From: a virus
Lineage: Duplodnaviria; Caudoviricetes
Length of the DNA: 38,223 bases
Direction: 5' to 3' (one strand)
IMG/VR virus record: IMGVR_UViG_3300011412_000006
Location: 1 to 38,223 of that record
A program made the translations under genes and the position numbers. Shown here one piece after another: positions 33,635 to 38,223 of this stretch. The notes under the pieces are model-generated. The model was not told the origin of the DNA. It ran no database searches and worked only from the letters and a program-made list of their open reading frames with translations. Each line of letters starts with the position of its first letter. The first letter of the stretch is position 1.

Positions 33635-34856
33635 GTTAACAATACGCTTCCCTAAACCGCACGTTAAGCAGGCCGAGATTGCTGCGAGTAAGGCGAAGCG
33701 CGTTGTAGTTAATGCAGGGCGTCGTGCAGGTAAGACAACACTGGCTGCGCGTATCAGTATCAAGAAGATGATCCTCGACAAACGCCGCGTGTTACTTTCG
33801 AGTACAACACAAAACCAGGCTGATGCATTCTGGGAGAAAAGTAAGTTATGGTTAGGTGAGCTCATTGACGCGGGTGTTATCGAGAAGAATGAACAGCGAC
33901 GTATGCTTACTTATAAAGCTAACGGTGGATGCATACGAGTCAAGACAGCATATGATGCTGATACATTGCGCGGTGACTATGCCGACTTCTTAGTGCTCGA
34001 TGAGTGTGCGTTACTTGCACCTGATGCGTGGGACAAGGTCGGAGCGCCGATGTTACTCGACAATGATGGCGATGCGTGGTTCATCTCAACACCACGTAGA
34101 AGGAATTGGTTTCACACGTTATTCCAACGAGCCGAGTCAGACACTACAGGTCGATGGGCAGCATTCCATTTCACATCATTCGATAACCCGCATCTGAGCA
34201 AAGCGGCACTTGAGGAAGTCGCATCTGACTTGAGCGCCGAAGCATACCGGCAAGAGATTATGGCGGAGTTCCTCGAAGGCGAAGGATCGGTGTTTCGCAA
34301 CATCGTCGAGAACTTAACCGCACCGCTCGATGCACAGCCATCAGATCATATTGAGCACAGACTGGTGATGGGAGTTGATTGGGCTCAGAAGCAGGACCAT
34401 ACCGCTCTGAGCGTAGTCTGCGCAGATTGTAGATGCGAGGTTGCGCTTGAGCGATTCAATCAGATTGACTGGGCACTGCAGAGAGGGCGCCTGACGGCTT
34501 TAGTTGAGAAGTGGAATGTGTTCTATGTGCAGGCTGAAGAAAACAGCATAGGCAGTCCGAATATCGAAGCATTGCAGATCGAGGGATTGCCCATCTACCC
34601 GTTTATGACCACGGCAGCATCGAAGCCACCATTGATCCAATCACTAGCACTGGCGTTTGAGCGTCGAGAGTGTCAATGGCTTGAGCACTCGGCAGCAACA
34701 GCAGAACTGCACGCATTCGAGTCACGCATCGCATCGAATACGCATCGAGTAAGTTATGCCGCGCCAGAGGGTCTCCATGACGATACTATCATTGCGCGTG
34801 CACTAGCGTGGCGTGCAGCACTCGCAGCAATGCGTGGATGGGAGCATTCAGGGTGA
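33606..34856 (+). CDS. terL: Terminase large subunit
   Basis: Walker A GRRAGKT, LRG, Walker B VLDE, ISTP; nuclease GVDW and HDDTIIA motifs. Confidence 0.95.
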   Translation: MRQATKKQTELTIRFPKPHVKQAEIAASKAKRVVVNAGRRAGKTTLAARISIKKMILDKRRVLLSSTTQNQADAFWEKSKLWLGELIDAGVIEKNEQRRMLTYKANGGCIRVKTAYDADTLRGDYADFLVLDECALLAPDAWDKVGAPMLLDNDGDAWFISTPRRRNWFHTLFQRAESDTTGRWAAFHFTSFDNPHLSKAALEEVASDLSAEAYRQEIMAEFLEGEGSVFRNIVENLTAPLDAQPSDHIEHRLVMGVDWAQKQDHTALSVVCADCRCEVALERFNQIDWALQRGRLTALVEKWNVFYVQAEENSIGSPNIEALQIEGLPIYPFMTTAASKPPLIQSLALAFERRECQWLEHSAATAELHAFESRIASNTHRVSYAAPEGLHDDTIIARALAWRAALAAMRGWEHSG

Positions 34857-35500
34857 AGCCGTACTTCGAAGATGAGTCAGTGACGATCTATCATGGTGAT
34901 TGTCGTGAGGTGCTACCATCATTACCGCGTGCTGATCTGGTCTTTGCTGATCCACCTTATGGGATTGGTAAGGCTGAGTGGGATTCGGAATTTCCTGTTG
35001 AGGTGATTCCGATGATGCTACAAGCTGGTAAGACGCTAGCAATCACTCCGGGCGAAACAGCATTTCGGCAATGCTTGATAGCTTTAGGCGACACGTATCA
35101 GGGAATGATGATTGGGCATAATTTGAATGGCATGGCACTTGGCGAAATCGGGTTTTTAAGTTATGTGGCAATTCTGATCGCCGGTGATCGTCCGAGATAC
35201 CACGGAAAAACTGCATTTGATTATGTGATAAGTGGTTCGATACCAGAGCATCCAGCATCGAAGCCCTTACGCTTTATGAATTGGATAATATCTCGTTTGT
35301 GTATGTCAGGTGATCTTGTTATTGATCCATTTATGGGCAGCGGCACAACACTGCGAGCCGCAAAGGATCTTGGCATCAAGGCTATTGGCATCGAAATCGA
35401 AGAGCGTTACTGCGAGATAGCTGCGAAGCGAATGGCGCAACAGGTACTAACATTCGATGACGTAGTAACACAGCCGCAACAGTTGAGTGTGTTGCAATGA
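34853..35500 (+). CDS. Orphan beta-class N4-C/N6-A DNA methyltransferase
   Basis: HGDC, DPPY, HPASKP, DPFMGSGTT, GIEIEERYC in beta order; GTG 34853 overlaps the TerL stop. Confidence 0.92.
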   Translation: MKPYFEDESVTIYHGDCREVLPSLPRADLVFADPPYGIGKAEWDSEFPVEVIPMMLQAGKTLAITPGETAFRQCLIALGDTYQGMMIGHNLNGMALGEIGFLSYVAILIAGDRPRYHGKTAFDYVISGSIPEHPASKPLRFMNWIISRLCMSGDLVIDPFMGSGTTLRAAKDLGIKAIGIEIEERYCEIAAKRMAQQVLTFDDVVTQPQQLSVLQ

Positions 35501-37011
35501 ATAAATCAACATCGCTCATTGAGCGCACAGTGAATGCACTAACACAGTTCAAGAAAGCAACAGCACTGCGCTTTCCCGGCAGAGGCGGCACGACCTCGAC
35601 AGGCAATCTCGCTCAATGGCAGATACTCAATGACTTCACCAGTGGTGAGGCAGTTAACTACTCCAATGAGATTGGCGATGTTGGCGGTGCGAGTTTAGTT
35701 ATAGCTGCTGTGAATTGGTTAGGTCGTGTGTTACCTGAAGCGCACTTGAATGTGATCGAGATGGATGATGAAGGAATGGAGGTGCCGATTCCTGATCATC
35801 CTGCTGCTGAGTTATGGCGTCGCCCGAATGAGTTCTATTCCTGCACGACTATGTGCAAGGCATACGCGCATAGCTGGATAGTAACTGGGAATCCATACTT
35901 CCTGAAGATAAGAGAGAAGTCAGGTGTGGTGCGAGAGCTCTGGTATATCCCACCTGCAATGATACGCCCTGTATGGCCGGATGATGGCAGTGAGTTCATC
36001 TCAGGTTATGAGTATAAGGTTGATGGCAGGACTCAGATATTTCCGGCTGAGGATGTTATTCACTTCAGAGATGGTATTGATCCGTGTAACCCGCGACTTG
36101 GGTTGTCACCTGTAGCGTCCGTTATGCGTGAGCTATACACCGATCAACAAGTCGCAACCTACTCAGCACTGTTAATGAAGAACGGCGCAGTACCGCCAGT
36201 AGTTATATCGCTGCGTGATAGCGTCAATGCTATCGGGTTCGATAGTAAGAAAGTGCGTGAAGGTTACTTGAAGCAAACGCAGGGTGATGAGCGCGGCAAG
36301 GCGTGGGTAACAGGTGCGGCTGTCAGGATCGATAAGGTTGGATTCGCGCCGGCTGATCTGAACTTAGCTCAGTTACGACGCTTACCAGAAGAACGGTTAT
36401 CAGCAGTCATCGGCATTCCTGCACTGGTGCTTGGTTATGGCGCAGGTCTTGACAAAGCTACTTACTCGAATGCTCGACAGGCTGCTGAGTTTGCAACAGA
36501 GAGTTACTTAGTCCCGCTGTACAGATACATCGAAGAAGAATTAACGCATCAGTTGTTACGCGACTTCGATGAGACTGGATCATTGCAGTTTCGATTTGAT
36601 CTCACGCAAGTCAGAGCATTGAGCGAGGATCAGGATGCGCAGTATGCAAGACTGACTGCGGCATATAACGGTGGCTGGTTGAAGCGTTCAGAGGTGCGTG
36701 AGATGGCTGGTTATGAGTGGGATGAAGGCGATGAGGTCTATGTTAGTCGAGCAACCGAGAGCGCAGATGATGAGATCGTTGAGGAAGTCCCTGTAGCCCC
36801 GGATGCGGCAGTGGTTCCGGAGAGTGAGGCTGGCGACGAGTCACAAGATGCAGTGTCACCAGAACCGGAACCATCTGCCGCGAAAGTGCTCAGACTGAAA
36901 GCAAAAGATAAGCCACTGGCAGATGATGTGCTCGATGATGCAGTTGAGTGGCTGCTGAGTATTGGTGAACCAGAGGCGGCGGGAATGATCCGCGCAGTAC
37001 CTAAGAAGTGA
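35497..37011 (+). CDS. HK97-family portal protein
   Basis: RPNEF, GNPY, DVIHFR, GLSPV, GIPALVLG, TYSNA, EVREMAGY motifs; acidic C-terminal tail. Confidence 0.93.
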   Translation: MNKSTSLIERTVNALTQFKKATALRFPGRGGTTSTGNLAQWQILNDFTSGEAVNYSNEIGDVGGASLVIAAVNWLGRVLPEAHLNVIEMDDEGMEVPIPDHPAAELWRRPNEFYSCTTMCKAYAHSWIVTGNPYFLKIREKSGVVRELWYIPPAMIRPVWPDDGSEFISGYEYKVDGRTQIFPAEDVIHFRDGIDPCNPRLGLSPVASVMRELYTDQQVATYSALLMKNGAVPPVVISLRDSVNAIGFDSKKVREGYLKQTQGDERGKAWVTGAAVRIDKVGFAPADLNLAQLRRLPEERLSAVIGIPALVLGYGAGLDKATYSNARQAAEFATESYLVPLYRYIEEELTHQLLRDFDETGSLQFRFDLTQVRALSEDQDAQYARLTAAYNGGWLKRSEVREMAGYEWDEGDEVYVSRATESADDEIVEEVPVAPDAAVVPESEAGDESQDAVSPEPEPSAAKVLRLKAKDKPLADDVLDDAVEWLLSIGEPEAAGMIRAVPKK

Positions 37012-37211
37012 TGACTAAGAAAGATCGAGAATCCAGTCCATTCAACAAGATGCCACTCGCAGAACGCCAGTACTATCAGGCGATGGATCGCATTGAGAAG
37101 TATGAGGCGGTGTTTGTGGAGTTGCAGAGATTACTTGCGAGTGACAAAGCAGCTGACATTGGGCGAGCTCGTGAGTTGTTAGTCAAGACAATGCAAGAGC
37201 GTGAGAAGTAG
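37011..37211 (+). CDS. Hypothetical protein
   Basis: TGATG-coupled small ORF. Confidence 0.6.
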   Translation: MTKKDRESSPFNKMPLAERQYYQAMDRIEKYEAVFVELQRLLASDKAADIGRARELLVKTMQEREK

Positions 37212-37214
37212 AGT

Positions 37215-37805
37215 GTGCCGTATCAATGGGACAAAGATAAGCGCAGATACATTGCACCTAATGGCAAGGTGATCACGATGCAGGCGCAGCGCAAGATCGC
37301 CGCACAGGTAGCAGACAAAGCAGCCGAAGCAATGACCGAGATCGCAACAACATATACACGTGGCGGATCATTCGCGAGTTGGGCTGTTGGTATGCGTGAG
37401 ACTATCAAGAATGTGCATAGCTCGATGACGCAACTTGCATATGGTGGCAAGGCACAGATGGGAAATCGTGAGCAAGGGCGACTAGGTCAGATCATCAAGG
37501 AGCAGAATAAGTTTCTCGCAGGTTTCGCACAGGATGTCGAAGCAGGCAAGTTGAGTAACGATCAGATAATTTCTCGAAGTGAGATGTATGGCGATGCAGG
37601 TTATTCGAGTTATGAGTCATCAGTGAATGATCGGGAGAAAGAAGCAGGGATGACCGAGGAGCGCAGCTTTCTCGAACCTGAAGCTGATCACTGTGAAGAA
37701 TGCTTTGATGAAGCGAGCAAGGGATGGTCGCCCATAGATTCATTGATACCAGTAGGTGAGCGTCAATGTTTAGTTCGCTGCCAATGTAGTTTTGAATATC
37801 GTTAA
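37215..37805 (+). CDS. Mu gpF / SPP1 gp7-like minor head protein
   Basis: Between portal and protease; C-terminal HCEEC...C..RCQC motif. Confidence 0.7.
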   Translation: MPYQWDKDKRRYIAPNGKVITMQAQRKIAAQVADKAAEAMTEIATTYTRGGSFASWAVGMRETIKNVHSSMTQLAYGGKAQMGNREQGRLGQIIKEQNKFLAGFAQDVEAGKLSNDQIISRSEMYGDAGYSSYESSVNDREKEAGMTEERSFLEPEADHCEECFDEASKGWSPIDSLIPVGERQCLVRCQCSFEYR

Positions 37806-37831
37806 GTGGTATAACGCCGGGAGTCACTTCA

Positions 37832-38223
37832 ATGGAATTAGAACATAAGCAGTTTAATACAAGCGCGGTCACGACTGACAAGAAGGGCGTCGTCGAGGCT
37901 ATCGTTGCAGTGTTCGGTAACACCGATCATGCGAATGAAGTGATCATGCCCGGAGCATTTGCAAAGACACTAGCGACCCGAATACCCAAAGGTGTATGGG
38001 CACACGACTGGCGTGTTCCAATTGCGAAAGTATTGGAAGCGCGTGAGGTGCTCGCAGGAGAGAAGTCAGCGAAAGCTGGTCTCTTCATCAAGTCTCAATT
38101 CAATCTCGATACACAGCGTGGCCGTGAGGCTTTCAGTGATATCGAGTTTGGCATCATCGACGAGTTCAGTATTGGTTATCGCGTCATTCGCGAGACGATG
38201 GATAACGATACAGGTGCACGAGA
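37832..38223 (+). CDS. HK97-family prohead protease, 5' part (continues across the origin to 505)
   Basis: MELEHKQF...VFGNTD..NEVIMPGAF...WAHDWRVPI; GGGAG RBS; missing from the track because no stop occurs before the window end. Confidence 0.92.
   Translation, partial: MELEHKQFNTSAVTTDKKGVVEAIVAVFGNTDHANEVIMPGAFAKTLATRIPKGVWAHDWRVPIAKVLEAREVLAGEKSAKAGLFIKSQFNLDTQRGREAFSDIEFGIIDEFSIGYRVIRETMDNDTGAR
38101..38223. repeat. Terminal direct repeat, copy 2
   Basis: Identical to 1-123. Confidence 0.97.

Noticed and set aside
327-37923. Numerous minus-strand and nested ORFs in the track
   Set aside because: Shadows of well-supported + strand genes with no motifs or RBS; only 26857..27312 occupies its own gap.
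38101-38223. 123-bp terminal repeat as a biological DTR or attachment site
   Set aside because: It falls mid-gene in the protease and the frame is continuous on circularisation; best explained as assembly overlap.
1-38223. Alternative genetic code or stop-codon reassignment
   Set aside because: Core genes are full length in code 11 and all three stop codons end tightly packed genes.

Overview
The window is a complete, circularly permuted genome of a tailed dsDNA phage. Unit length is 38,100 bp: bases 1-123 repeat exactly at 38101-38223 and the prohead protease gene runs across the join. Nearly all genes are on the + strand. Modules: HK97-type head (TerS/TerL, portal, gpF-like, protease, major capsid); non-contractile tail with a -1 frameshifted chaperone and a GTA-like tail tip; an early region of small ORFs behind a ribbon-helix-helix regulator and three sigma70-type promoters sharing one palindromic operator; recombination/replication genes (RecT-like, Gp157, ParB-like, iteron-bearing initiator, nucleases); and a second fiber module placed upstream of the terminase. 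Three candidate DNA-modifying activities are encoded: a TGT/DpdA-like base-exchange enzyme, a ParB-like + ABC-ATPase-GNAT pair, and an N4/N6 methyltransferase. No integrase, CI-type repressor or endolysin is recognisable. The most striking unexplained element is a ~165-nt leader at 23440-23606 with two mutually exclusive long RNA helices, one ending in a U-tract, directly upstream of the replication operon. All protein calls rest on motif recognition and synteny by eye, not on database searches.
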